DNA from: Chiloscyllium plagiosum
Lineage: Eukaryota
Assembly: GCF_004010195.1 (NCBI RefSeq)
Contig: NC_057718.1
Coordinates: 7,794,707-7,858,706 of the forward strand
Direction: 5' to 3'
DNA: 64,000 nucleotides
A program made the position numbers and the translations under genes. The notes beneath the pieces are model-generated. The model did not search any database. It had not been told where the DNA came from and was given only the letters and a program-made list of their open reading frames with translations. This document shows positions 1 through 11,800 of the stretch, piece after piece (position 1 is the stretch's first letter; each line of letters starts with the position of its first letter).

Positions 1-620
1 AACTCCCGTAGAGATGTCCTGGAGCTGAGATTACTGACCTTCAACAATCACAACCACTTTACTTTGTGTCAAGTATGACTCCAACCGATCGAGAATTTGC
101 CCTCCCAATACGCATTGACTTTACCTTTGATACAGCTTCTTGACACCACACAATTGTCAACTTAGCTTCGATGTCAAAGGCTATCACTCTCACTCTACGT
201 TCAGCTCCTTGGTCCATGTTTGAATCAAGGCTGTAATGACTGCTCCTCGGATGCTGCCTGACCTGCTGTGCTTTTCCAGCACCACTCTAATCTGGACTCT
301 GGTTTCCAGCATCTGCAGTGCTTGTTTTTACCTGGGAGCTGAGTGGCCCTGGCAGAACCCAAAATGGGCATCACTGAGCAGGTTATTGCTGAGCAGATGC
401 TGCTTAATAGCACTGTTGATTTCACCTTCCATCACATTACTGGTGATCAAGAGTAGACTGATGGGGTGGTAATTGCCAGGTTGGATTGCTCCTGCTTTTT
501 GAGTATAAGGCATACCTGGACAATTATCCACGTTATCAAGTAGATTCCAGCTTTGTAGCAATACTGGAACAGATTCGGTCAGGGCAAGTTCTGGAGTACA
601 AGTCTGCAATACTATTAACC
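1..620 (-). mobile_element. Degenerate CR1-type LINE fragment (RT N-terminal region), interrupted at ~240-330 by a Penelope-like terminal arm
   Basis: ORF 328-630(-) contains NYHPISLLLITSNVME..IKQHLLSNNLLSDAHFGFCQGHSAP, a decayed version of the non-LTR RT motif NYRPISLLS..QFGFR.GHS. Confidence 0.75.
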
Positions 621-624
621 TAGA

Positions 625-1395
625 ACACAAAACATAGCACAGTACAGGCCCTTTGACCCTTGATGTTGTGCTGGCCTTTTATCCTACTCTAAGATTAGGC
701 TAATTTACATACCCTTAATTTTGCTATCATCCATGTGCCTATCCAAGAGTCGCTCAAATATCCCTAATGTATCTGATTCTACTACCACTGCTGGCAGTGC
801 ATTCCACACACCCACCACTCTGTGTAAAAAACCTACCTTCTGTCATCTCCCCTAAATCTTCCCCATCTATGCCTTTAGCACTAAGGGAGTCCCAGTCAAT
901 TTTGCAGAAGTTAAAATCATTGGCCACAACAAACCTTCCTCCAATCACCTTAAAACCATGACCCCTTGTGACAGACATTTCCACAATGGAAAAATGTCTC
1001 TGCCTATCCACTCTATCTATGCCTCTCATCATCTTGTTCACCTCTATCAAGTCACCTCTCATCCTTCTTCGCTCCAGTGAGAAAAGCCCTAGCTCCCTCA
1101 ACCTTTCTTCATAACACATGCCCTCCAGTCCAGGCAGCATCCTGGTAAGTCTCCTCCACACCCTCTCTAAAGCTTCCTCATCTTTCCTATAATGAGGCAA
1201 TCAGAACTGAACACAATATTCCAAGTGTGGTCTAACCAGGACTCTGTGGAGCTGCAGCATAAACTTGTGGCTCTTAAGCTCAATCCCCCTGCTAATGAAA
1301 GCCAGCACACCATACTCCTTCTTAACGACCCTATCAACTTAGGTGGCAATTTTGAGGGATCTATAGACAAGGACCCCAAGGTCCCTCTGTTCCTG
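625..1395 (-). mobile_element. CR1/HER1-type LINE 3' fragment
   Basis: ORF 754-1200(-) reads PHYRKDEEALERVWRRLTRMLPGLEGMCYEERLRELGLFSLERRRMRGDLIEVNK..TRGHGFKV, the typical CR1 ORF2 C-terminus. It is homologous to 35163-35790. Confidence 0.85.
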
Positions 1396-3269
1396 CACAT
1401 TTCCATGAGGGAACAACATCTCAGCATCTACCCTAAGACCCTAAGAAATTATACTGTAGTGCTCGCATACAGAGCTTTTCACTGCACTTAGGTACACTTA
1501 ACAACAATAAATCAACTCAAATCAAATCAAAATATGTGTTAATAAGGCCACCTCTCTTTCTTCTAAACTCCAGTGAGTACAGGCCCAACCTACTCAACCT
1601 CTCCTCATAATACAGTCCCTCCATATCGTCTGCATATTAACCTTCTCTGGACTACTCCTGATGCCAGGACATACAGTATTTTCTTGGATAAGGGGTCCAA
1701 AGCTCTCCACAGTATCCCAGGTGTGATTTGCCTGACGCTGATATAGCTCCAGCAGTACTTCACTATTACTCCAGTTCCATTGCCTCATCCTTAACCATCT
1801 CTTAAGTCTCTGTGTTGAAAAGTTCAACTGAGCCTCACCACATTTTGGAGGTGACCAACTTTCCATCTCAGTTTCTGTAAAAATTATCTTCTTAATTACT
1901 GAATGATCTAGCTCGGCTCTAATGAGGGTGTAACACTTGGAAATTGTTCCTATTTGCTTGATGAAATCCTTTAATCATTTTAAGTGCCTCAAATACAGCA
2001 CTCTCTGGTCTTCTACACTCCAATGAACTCGAGCCACATTTATTCAATCTTCCCTCATGTATTGCAGCCACTCCAAAGACCCCAGCATGAATAAACGTAA
2101 AAGACAATGTGTGTTTGCAAGAGAAACAAAACAAATTGAAGAAATAAACAGCAGTCACTATGTGTTCATTGGCTGTTCTGTCCATTCCCAGATCTCTCAA
2201 TCCAGCATGTCAGTGTCTAAGAAAGATTTAAGCTTAATTATTTTGCAGAACAATGCATTAAAGATTAAAGCAGGTAATAAAGGAGACAGGCAGCAGTCTG
2301 CAGTTTCGATTAGAGGGCTCCGTGTTGTCTAAACAATATAAACTAAGTAGCGTAAACTCACTCCAATTGTCTCTGTCCCGCCAGCCCATGGCTAATCTTT
2401 GTTGTCCCTCCAAATTTGTCCATCTTTCCTTCTGCAGCACCTCCCCCCCCCACCATCACCCCACTTTATCCATTTGAAATATTCACCTCAAAAACTTTGG
2501 ATAGCACCTTTGATGATTCCCACAGCAATGGAAGACTCAGGAGTCTCTTGCTGCCTTGCACCTGTGGGAGGGTCTAATGACCTTGGAGAGAGTGCAGGAC
2601 AGATTCAAATGGAAAACTTCTGACGATTGAAGGGTTAAATTATTGGGGCAGTTACATCAGTTTAGCTTGTGTTGCCTTGAATACAGAAGATTAAGGAATG
2701 ATTGTAATTGAATATTTAAGGTCAGGGAAATTATTAACTCTGATGGGGAAATCTGTAACAAAAAGAAAGGCGTAATCTTAAAATTACAGCTCGATGACAT
2801 TTATTCCTCAACTTAAAATCACTTAACTGGATTAATACTATATTGTTTGCATACTTGCATAGTGTGTTGCTATTAATTTATTCATTCATGTGCTATGATT
2901 ATTTATTGCTGGTGTCACCCAGGAGGGTTTAAACAAATGTGGGAACCAGAGCAGCAGGTCAACATGTGGAGTGATAGAAGAGAAGGTTAATTCAAGTCAG
3001 TCTAATAGGAAGACCAGGCAAGGCTGAGTTAATGAACACAGCAGGATTAGCAGTCTGAAACATATTTATTTTAATGTAAGGAATACAACAGGTAAGGCAA
3101 GTGAGCTTAGAACCTGGATTAGTATATGGGACTAATGTAATTAGTACATGAACTGATGGAGCATTGCAGCCATTACAAAAACCTGGTTGTGAAATGGGCA
3201 GGACCGGCAGCTCAACATTCTAGGATTTAGATGGATGCGGGGACTTACATTTCTGAGTAAGGAGAATGC

Positions 3270-3478
3270 AACCCATTCTAAAAGATGAAAGACTTAACAG
3301 CAATCTAGGTTTGTTCAATATATTTCATCAGTTGTATAACACTATGATCTTTTGCTATAAATTCCATGTCATATGAACCTGCTCCACTAGCTACCTGATA
3401 AAGGAGTAGCACTCCAAAAGATAGTGCTTCCAAATAAACCTGTTGGGTTATAACCTGGTGTTGTGTGATTTTTAACTA
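3270..3478 (+). mobile_element. Penelope-like terminal repeat, family B (degenerate hammerhead core)
   Basis: ctacctgataaaggagtagcactccaaaagatagtgcttccaaataaacctgttgg..acctggtgttgtgtgatttttaac. Homologous to 8085-8395, 24715-25070(-) and 47430-47770(-). Confidence 0.65.
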
Positions 3479-3539
3479 AGGAGCATGCCGTAGCTGTACT
3501 AAGAGATGACATCTTGGAGGCTCATCCAGTGAGGCCTTA

Positions 3540-3856
3540 TTAGATCAGATTCCCTACAGTGTGGAACCAGGCCGTTCGGCCCAACAAGTCCACACTGACC
3601 CTCCGAAGAGTAACCCACCCAGACCCATTTCCCTCTGACTAATGCACCTATCACTATGGGCACTTCAGCATGGCCAATTCACCTGACCTGCGCATCTTTG
3701 GACTGTGGGAGGAAACCGGAGCACCCGGAGTAAACCCACGCAGATACAGGGAGAATGTGCAAACTCCACACAGACAGTTGCCCGAGGCTGGAATCAAACC
3801 TGGAACCCTGGTGCTGTGAGGCAGCAGCGCTAACCACTGAGCCACCGTGCCGCCCC
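3540..3856 (-). mobile_element. HE1-type (V-SINE) tRNA-derived SINE, full length
   Basis: The minus strand has box A TGGCTCAGTGG and box B GGTTTGATTCC, the V-domain tgtgtggagtttgcacattctcc..ggtttcctcccacagtccaaagatg, and a CR1-type tail ending (aatct)n. It is inserted in an older CR1 endonuclease relic. Confidence 0.9.
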
Positions 3857-4727
3857 GTCAGTAGAATGCAGGAATAAGAAAGGTGCAATCACTCTGATGG
3901 AATTATACTACAGGCCTCCCAATAGCCAGTGGGAGATAGAGGAACAGATATGTAAGCAGATCATAGAAAGATGTAAAGACAATGAGATTGTTGTAGCTGG
4001 TGATTTTAACTTCTCCAATATTGACTGGGACTCTCTTAGTGCCAGGGGCATAGATGGGGAAGAGTTTGTTATGTGAATCCATATGGCAGATGGCGTTTAA
4101 TCAGACAAGTGTGACATCATTGCATTTTGGGAGGTCAAATGCAAGAGGAACATTTACCAGACACGGCAGGACCTTGGAGGCAGATGGGACTAATTTAGAA
4201 TGGCATCATGGTTGGCATAGACATAATGGGCTGAAGGGCCTGTTCTTGTGCTGTACTGTTCTATGTTCTATCTCTAATTGCCTGGAGGTCATTTAAGACT
4301 CAACCACAATGCTGTAGGACTGGAGTCACATGCAGGCCAGACCAGGTAAACATGTCAGATTTTATTCCCTGAGGAACACTAGTGAACCAGGTCATTCTCC
4401 TGCTCCTCGGATGCTGCCTGACCTGCTGTGCTTTGCCAGAAACACACTCTCAACTCTGATCTCCAGCATTTGCAGTCCTCACTCTCTCCTCCGTTTTTAA
4501 AACACATTTGACAGTAGACATGAGGCTAGCTTTTTTTAAATTCTAGATTTTGTTGTAATTTGAACTGAATGAATCAGTGAACAGGATTGATCTTTTGTAA
4601 CATTGGTTCCACAGCTGTCAGTGGCTGGCTTCTATTTCCAGTGCTTATTGAGAATTTCATTATTTTATTGAGGGTAAGCGACCATCTGCCTTGGTGGGGT
4701 TTAAGTGCATGGTCCCAGAGCATTACG

Positions 4728-4957
4728 AAAAATAAAAACAAAGAACTATGGATGCTGGAAATCAGAAATCAAAAGAGAAATTACTGGAAAAACTCAGGAG
4801 GTCTGGCAGCATCTAAGGAAATAAAACAGAGTTAACGTTTCGAGTCCAGTAACCGTAGCTCTGAAGGAGATTCACTAGACTGGAAATGTGAACTATGTTT
4901 TTTCTTCACAGATGCTGCCAGATGTGCTGAAGTTTTCCAGCAATTTCTCCTTTTTAG
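4728..4957. mobile_element. Penelope-like terminal repeat, family C, imperfect palindrome
   Basis: The arms ctggaaaaactcagg..tctggcagcatct and agatgctgccaga..gttttccagc are inverted around a degenerate ctgaagga..gaaa core. Related copies at 37155-37250, 47872-48078 and 49905-50040. Confidence 0.65.
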
Positions 4958-7900
4958 GTCCCCAGCTTCTTTGTTCTATCGGTCTATAAATATTTAAATA
5001 TATAATACTTTTCTTCCTATCTTCCCAAGGTATATAGCCCTAGTCAATATTGTAAACAGAGAAGTATTTAAACAGGAATCTTGCTGAGGAGATGGATATG
5101 TTGCTGAAATCATCCACCTTGTTCTCATCAGGACTTCTGCAAGAATACAAATTTTGAATGATGACAACAATTTATAACGCAGGAGAAAAGGAGGGGGGTA
5201 ATTGGTTAGCAAGTCAACTTCAGCTGGTTGGTGGAATAAACAGTACAGAAACATTGGCATACCTCAGCTCATGGACACTTTAACAAAGACACAGAATACA
5301 ATCACATTGATGTATTCAGACGGTGTTAAGATTAAGTTGCTAAATAATGACTTCTCTCTCCTGCTGTCCCTCAAATCACTGTGCTCCCTGTAAAGAGTGA
5401 ACATAAAGGATCTCCTTGATCTCTCATGAGCAATGGGCTTTCTAATGAAGTGTTAAATGCGTGGGGAATTCATCTTTGTTTTCGTAGGGAGCCTGTTTAT
5501 TACCTTCTCTTTCTGGCTATGGGCCAGGTACACAGCTCAGTATTTAACCAAACAAAGTTATAGAGCCTCATCAAGACACATATGGGCTGGATGGGAAGAA
5601 TGAGTCATAAAATGGAACCAGATGCAGAGGTTTCTGAGGAGATAGAAACTGTCCTGAGGCAGATGTGCTTGCAATTGTACACGGCCAATGAGAGTTCAGC
5701 TTGTACAGGAAATGAACATACCATTTTTCTCAGATCAGATGACTCAGCCAGAACATTACATACACACCTTTATCTGACTATTAGTCAGTCACAAAATCCT
5801 CATTAACTGCAGAGGAAAACAATGCTATTTTGAAATACATATGAAGAAAACTATGTTGTACGCAGCACCTTAAAAGCAGCTAAAGTATAAAAATGAAGCT
5901 TAACTCATAGTGGCACCAGTGGCATGTACCATCCTAGTAATGTCCTGACAGAGACAGCAAGGTTAACATTTTGCGGACGTGAATTTGAACTGAGCCGGGT
6001 GGAGAGGGGTTTAACTTACATTAAAATCAGAAAGTGAGAGCTGGTATCAGTGATGGTGGCTGCAAAACCATCATCGACTGTTGCAAAATTCCATCTGGTT
6101 CACTTCCTTAGGGAAGGAAATCTGCCATTTTTACCCGGTCAGGCTTACATGTGACTCCAGACGCGCAGCAATGTGGGGATTCTCAGCTGCCCTCTGAAAC
6201 AACTCAAGAGGCTTTGAGGTAACCAATACTGGCCTTACAAGCAACGGCAACGTTTCACACGAGGATACATTTTTTTTTTAAGGAGACTGTCCGGCTGGGC
6301 TCACACCATGTAATTCTAGCAGGGTGTTGTGTGTTGCATCATGTATCCTGATGAGGAATGCTAGCACCATGTGAACAATGAGATCATTCACAAATAGTTT
6401 CAGTCAGCGATTGGCCAATCCATCCACTGTGTAAACCTGTTGGGGATGCAAGCATGGGCACTCCAGTGGCGTGGTGTAGAGTGCTTCCCCCTGGACTGGG
6501 AGACCCTGGTTCAAGAAGCATGCAATAATATCATTGAACAAGTTGATAAGGAAAATAAAATAAGACAATTGGCCTGAAAGGGTAAACTTGGAAGCAAATG
6601 TCAGAATCTTTACAGCACAGAAAGAGACCAATTAGGCTGCACCAACAAACCAGACTCAGCACCCCCCAATCCACTTAACCTACACATCTTTGGAAACTTA
6701 CAGAGAGAAAACGTGCAAACTCCACACAGGCAGTTACCCAAGGCTGGAATCAAACCCAGGTCCCTAGTGCTGTGAGACAGCAGTGCTAACCACAGGGTCA
6801 CTCTACCCACTAAGTTAGCAATGAGAGTCTTCGGTAAGAGCTGGCCCATTTGTTTGTTGTTAGTCAATTCTCCTGTTGAAAGCCATGTAGCACAAACCTA
6901 GGTACTAACTCTCAAGAGATAACAGTGTCATTTACATAGTGCTAACGTCAGCTCCCAGTCTCATTTCTGATTAAGTGTTTTTGCTCAAAACGTCGACTCT
7001 CCTGCTCCTCAAATGCTGCCAGACCTGCTGTGCTTTTCCAGCACCATGTTCCCAACTCTAATCTCTAGCATCTGCAGTCCTCACTTTCACAAAGTGTTAA
7101 TGTAGATAACTGGTCTTAAGCTATTGTCACCTTTTACCTTACCAGTACATAATAAAATATGACTTGTTACTCAAGTACATGCCTTTTCTGCTAAAGGTTC
7201 ATTGGTGGTGTATCCCTCACCATTTAAGGCTGGGTAAATTCTGTGGATTAGTTTTACAAGAAGGATTAGTGGTTGTAAATCTACCCAGCAGAACCAGGTT
7301 AGAACATCTGTAGAACTAACAGCAATTGTAGGCCATTCAGCCCCTCTAGCATGCAATACAATCATGACTGATCTCATCTCAGCCTCAACTCCACTTTCCA
7401 GCCCAATCTCCATACCTCCAACCCATTACGAATTAGAAATCTCACCATCTTCTCAAAGTTATTCAGTGTCATGACATCCCGCCAAACAAGGAACAAGTGT
7501 AGGCCATTCGGCCCTTCAATCCTGCTCTGCTATTCAATAAGCTGGTGCCTGATCTGACTTTAACTCCAGCTCCACATCTCCCTGATAATCGTTCATCCCA
7601 GGTGCCAGCTACTGACATCTCCCACAACAGGCATTGTGCCTATTTAACCAGCTCTCCAATTAGTCCCATTCCTCTGCTCTCTCCCCATCGTCCTGGAAGA
7701 TCTTTTTTCCCTTCGTAACTAAATATATGATTTCCTTCTGGGAGTTCCTCCAGTGCTGTCCCAGGCAGCACGTTCCAGATTGTCATTACTCATCGAGTTA
7801 AAGAAAAAAATTCTCCCCTTTGTCTCTTGTTTCTTGCCAATGATCTTAAATCCATGCTCCCTGTTGAGTGACTGGACTGTCAGCCACAACAGTTTCTTGT

Positions 7901-8084
7901 TGTCAACCCTATCAAAACCATTCCTGAATTTGAGCGCCCCAATTTATTTCTCAGCTGAGAACAAACCCAAGCTCTACAGATTGGAATTGGTCGACAAATC
8001 AGCTGTTCTGGCAGAGTGCTGACAGACTCTAAGCTCACGCTTCTAATGCATTGTCTGAGCTGAGATGTCACCTTTTTCTCATGC

Positions 8085-8395
8085 TGATAAAATCTTAAGT
8101 TATCTCGGGGCTGTGACTTGAAAGGGATTTACATATTAATCAATCATAACCTGCATCCTATTCTAAGTGATTAAAGACTTAACAGCAATCTCGATTTGTT
8201 TAATACATCACATCAGTTGTACGACACTTTGATCTTTCGCTATAAATTCGGAGTCCTATGATCCTGTCCCAATAACTGCCTGACAAAGGAGCAGCGTTCC
8301 GAAAGTTTATACTTCCAAATAAACCTGTTGGACTATAACCTGGTGTTGTGTGATTTTTAACTTTGTCCACCCCAGTCCAACGTTGGTACCTCCTC
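8085..8395 (+). mobile_element. Penelope-like terminal repeat, family B
   Basis: ctgacaaaggagcagcgttccgaaag.. followed by aataaacctgttggactataacctggtgttgtgtgatttttaactttgtccaccccagtccaac. Confidence 0.65.
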
Positions 8396-8614
8396 ACCAT
8401 GGCAGAGTACTATGCGCTGCAGCACACAGTAATTACTAACTCGCCACATTACAGATGAGAAACAACACTGAGATTATCTGACTCAAGGTAAGAGTAAAGA
8501 CACATTACCGTTCACTATTTGGACATAGCACTGGAATTCTGCTCAGAGACCAGAGCCCAACTGATCAGCTCCTGCCAGGATCAGTCCTTTAGAATCCTAT
8601 TATCTCACAAGGCC

Positions 8615-8860
8615 GGTGGGTGGCGTGGTGCAGTGGTGCTGTCACTGGGTTGGCAATCAAATGCTCCAATGTTTTGGGGGCATGGGTTCGAATCCCACCA
8701 CAACAGGTGGTTTAACATTTGAAATTCAATAAAACACTAGCAACAGTTGTTGAGTGTCACAAGAGCTGACATGGTTGATGATGAATACTCTTGAGAATAG
8801 GAAATCTATCAACTTCCAGTCCGTCCTACACATGCCTCTGAACCCACAGCAACTCAGGGA
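8615..8860 (+). mobile_element. Degenerate tRNA-derived SINE (second family) running directly into the satellite
   Basis: Box A-like GGTGCAGTGG and box B GGTTCGAATCC; the body resembles the copies at 20265-21130 and 43110-43600. Confidence 0.6.
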
Positions 8861-8869
8861 ACTTTTCAC

Positions 8870-11800
8870 AACCCTCCGAGTAGTAACCTTTTATTGCTCT
8901 CCCAGTAGTAACTTTTCCCTGCTCGCCCAGTAGTAAATTTTCACTACTCTCCCAGTGCTAACTTTCCCCTGCTGTCCCAGCAGTACCTTTGCACTGCTCT
9001 CCCAGTAGTAAGTTTTCCCTGGTCTCCCAGTAGTAACCTTTCACTACTCTCCCAGTAGTAACTTTTCCCTGCTATCCCAGTAGTAACCTTTCACTACTCT
9101 CCCAGTAGTAACTTTTCACTACTCTCCCAGTAGTAACTTTGCACTGCTCTCCCAGTAGTAACTTTTCTGTGCACTCCCAGTAGTAACTTTTCCCTGCTCT
9201 CCCAGCAGTAACTTTTCTCTGCTCTCCCAGTAGTAACCTTTCACTACTCTCGGAGTGGTAACTTTTCCCTGCTGTCCTTGCAGTAACTTTGCACTGCTCT
9301 CCCAGTAGTAATTTTTCACTGCTCTCCCAGTAGTAATTTTTCACTACTCTCCCAGTAGTAACTTTTCACTGCTCTCACAGTAGTAATTTTTCCCTGCTGT
9401 CTCAGCAGTAACTTTGCACTGCTCTCCCAGTAGCAACCTTTCCCTGCTCTCCCAGTAGTAACCTTTCACTACTCTCCCAGTAGTAACTTTTCCCTGCTAT
9501 CCCAACAGTAACCTTTCTCCGCTCTCCCAGTAGTAACTTTCTCTGCTCTCCTAGTAGTAACTTTTCACTACTCTCCCAGTAGCAACTTTTTCCTGCTCTC
9601 CCAGTAGTAACCTTTCACTACTCTCTCAGTAGTAACATTTCACTACTCTCCCAGTAATAACTTTTCCCTGCTCTCCCAGTAGTAACCTTTCACTACTCTC
9701 CCAGTAGTAACTTTGCACTGCTCTCCTAGAAGCAACTTTTCCCTGCTCTCCCAGTAGTAACCTTTCACTACTCTCCCAGTAGTAACTTTGCACTGCTCTC
9801 CTAGAAGCAACTTTTCCCTGCTCTCCCAGCAGTAACTTTGCACTACTCTCCCAGTAGTAACTTTTCCCTGCACTCCAGTAATAACTTTTCACTACTCTCC
9901 CAGCAGTAACTTTTCCCTGCTCTCCCAGTAGTAGCTGTTCTCTACTCTCCCAGTAGTAACCTTTCACTCCACTCCCAGTAGTAATCTTTTTTAATACTTC
10001 TCCCAGTAGTAATTTTTCACTACTCTCCCAGGAGTAACTTTTCTCTGCTCTCCCAGTGCTAACTTTTCCCTGCTGTCTCAGTAGTAACTTTGCACTGCTC
10101 TCCTAGAAGCAACTTTTCCCTGCTCTCCCAGTAGTAACCTTTCACTACAGTCCCAGTAGTAACTTTTCTCTGCTCTCCCAGTAGTAACCTTTCACTACTC
10201 TCCCAGTAGTAACTTTTCCCTGCTATCCCAGCAGTAACCTTTCTCCGCTCTCCCAGTAGTAACTTTCTCTGCTTTCCTAGTAGTAACTTTTCACTACTCT
10301 CCCAGTAGCAACTTTTTCCTGCTCTCTCAGTAGTAACCTTTTACTACTGTCCCAGTAGTAACTTTTCACTACTCTCCCAGTAGTAACTTTTCCTGGCTCT
10401 CCCAGTGGTAACTTTTCTCTGCTCTCCCAGCAGTAACTTTTCACTGCTCTCCCAGTTGTATATTTTCACTACTCTCCCAGTAGTAACTTTTCACTACTGT
10501 CCCAGTAGTAACTTTTCACTGCTCACCCAGTAGTACCTTTTCTCTGCTCTCCCAGTAGTAACTTTTCCCTGCTCTTCCAGTAATAACTTTTCACTACTCT
10601 CCCAGTAGTAACTATTCCCTGCTGTCCCAGCAGTAACTTTGCACTGCTCTCCCAGTATAACTTTTCCCGGCTCTCCCAGTAGTAACTTTTCTCTGCTCTC
10701 CCAGTAGTAACCTTTCACTACTCTCCCAGTAGTAACTTTTCCCTGCACTCCAGTAGTAACTTTTCACTACTCTCCCAGCAGTAACTTTTTCCTGCTCTCC
10801 CAGTAGTAGCTGTTCTCTACTCTCCCAGTAGTAACCTTTCACTCCACTCCCAGTAGTAATCTTTCACTCCACTTCCAGTAGTAATTTTTCACTGCTCTCC
10901 CAGTAGTAATTTTTCACTACTCTCCCAGTAGTAACTTTTCTCTGCTCTCCCAGTAGTAACTTTTCCCTGCTGTCTCAGCAGTAACTTTGCACTGCTCTCC
11001 TAGTAGCAACTTTTCCCTGCTCTCCCAGTAGTAACCTTTCACTACACTCCCAGTAGTAACTTTTCCCTGCTGTCCTAGCAGTAACCTTTCACTACTCTCC
11101 CAGTAGTAACTTTTCCCTGCTATCACAGCAGTAACCTTTCTCTGCTCTCCCAGTCGTAACTTTCTCTGCTCTCCTAGTAGTAACTTTTCACTACTCTCCC
11201 AGTAGCAACTTTTTCCTGCTCTCCCAGTAGTAACCTTTCACTACTCTCTCAGTAGTAACATTTCACTAATCTCCCAGTAGTAACTTTTCCTTGCTCTCCC
11301 AGTGGTAACGTTTCTCTGCTGTCCCAGCAGTAACTTTTCACTGCTCTCCCAGTAGTAACTTTTCACTGCTCTCCCAGTAGTAACCTTTCACTACTCTCCC
11401 AGTAATAACTTTTCCCTGCTCTCCCAGTAGTAACCTTTCACTACTCTCCCAGAAGTAACTTTTCTCTGCTCTCCCAGTAGTAAACTTTCATGACTCTCCC
11501 AGTAGTAACTTTTCTCTGCTCTCCCAGTAGTAACCTTTCACTACTGTCCCAGTAGTACCTTTTCCCTGCTCTACCAGAAGTAACTTTTCCTTGCACCCAC
11601 AGCAGTAATTTTTCCCTGCTCTCCCAGTAGTAACATTTCACAACTCTCCCAGTAGTAACTTGTCTGTGCACTCCCAGTAGTAACATTTCACTACTCTCCC
11701 AGTAGTAACTTTTCCCTGCTCTCCCAGTAGTAACTTTTCTCTGCTCTCCCAGTAGAAAGCTTTCATGACTCCCCCAGTCGTAACTTTTCCCTGCTGTCCT

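Noticed and set aside
4990..5810. Possible exon of a neighbouring gene (acceptor at ~5028; ORF 5582-5806)
   Set aside because: No recognisable homology, early stops, and no matching donor or partner exon.
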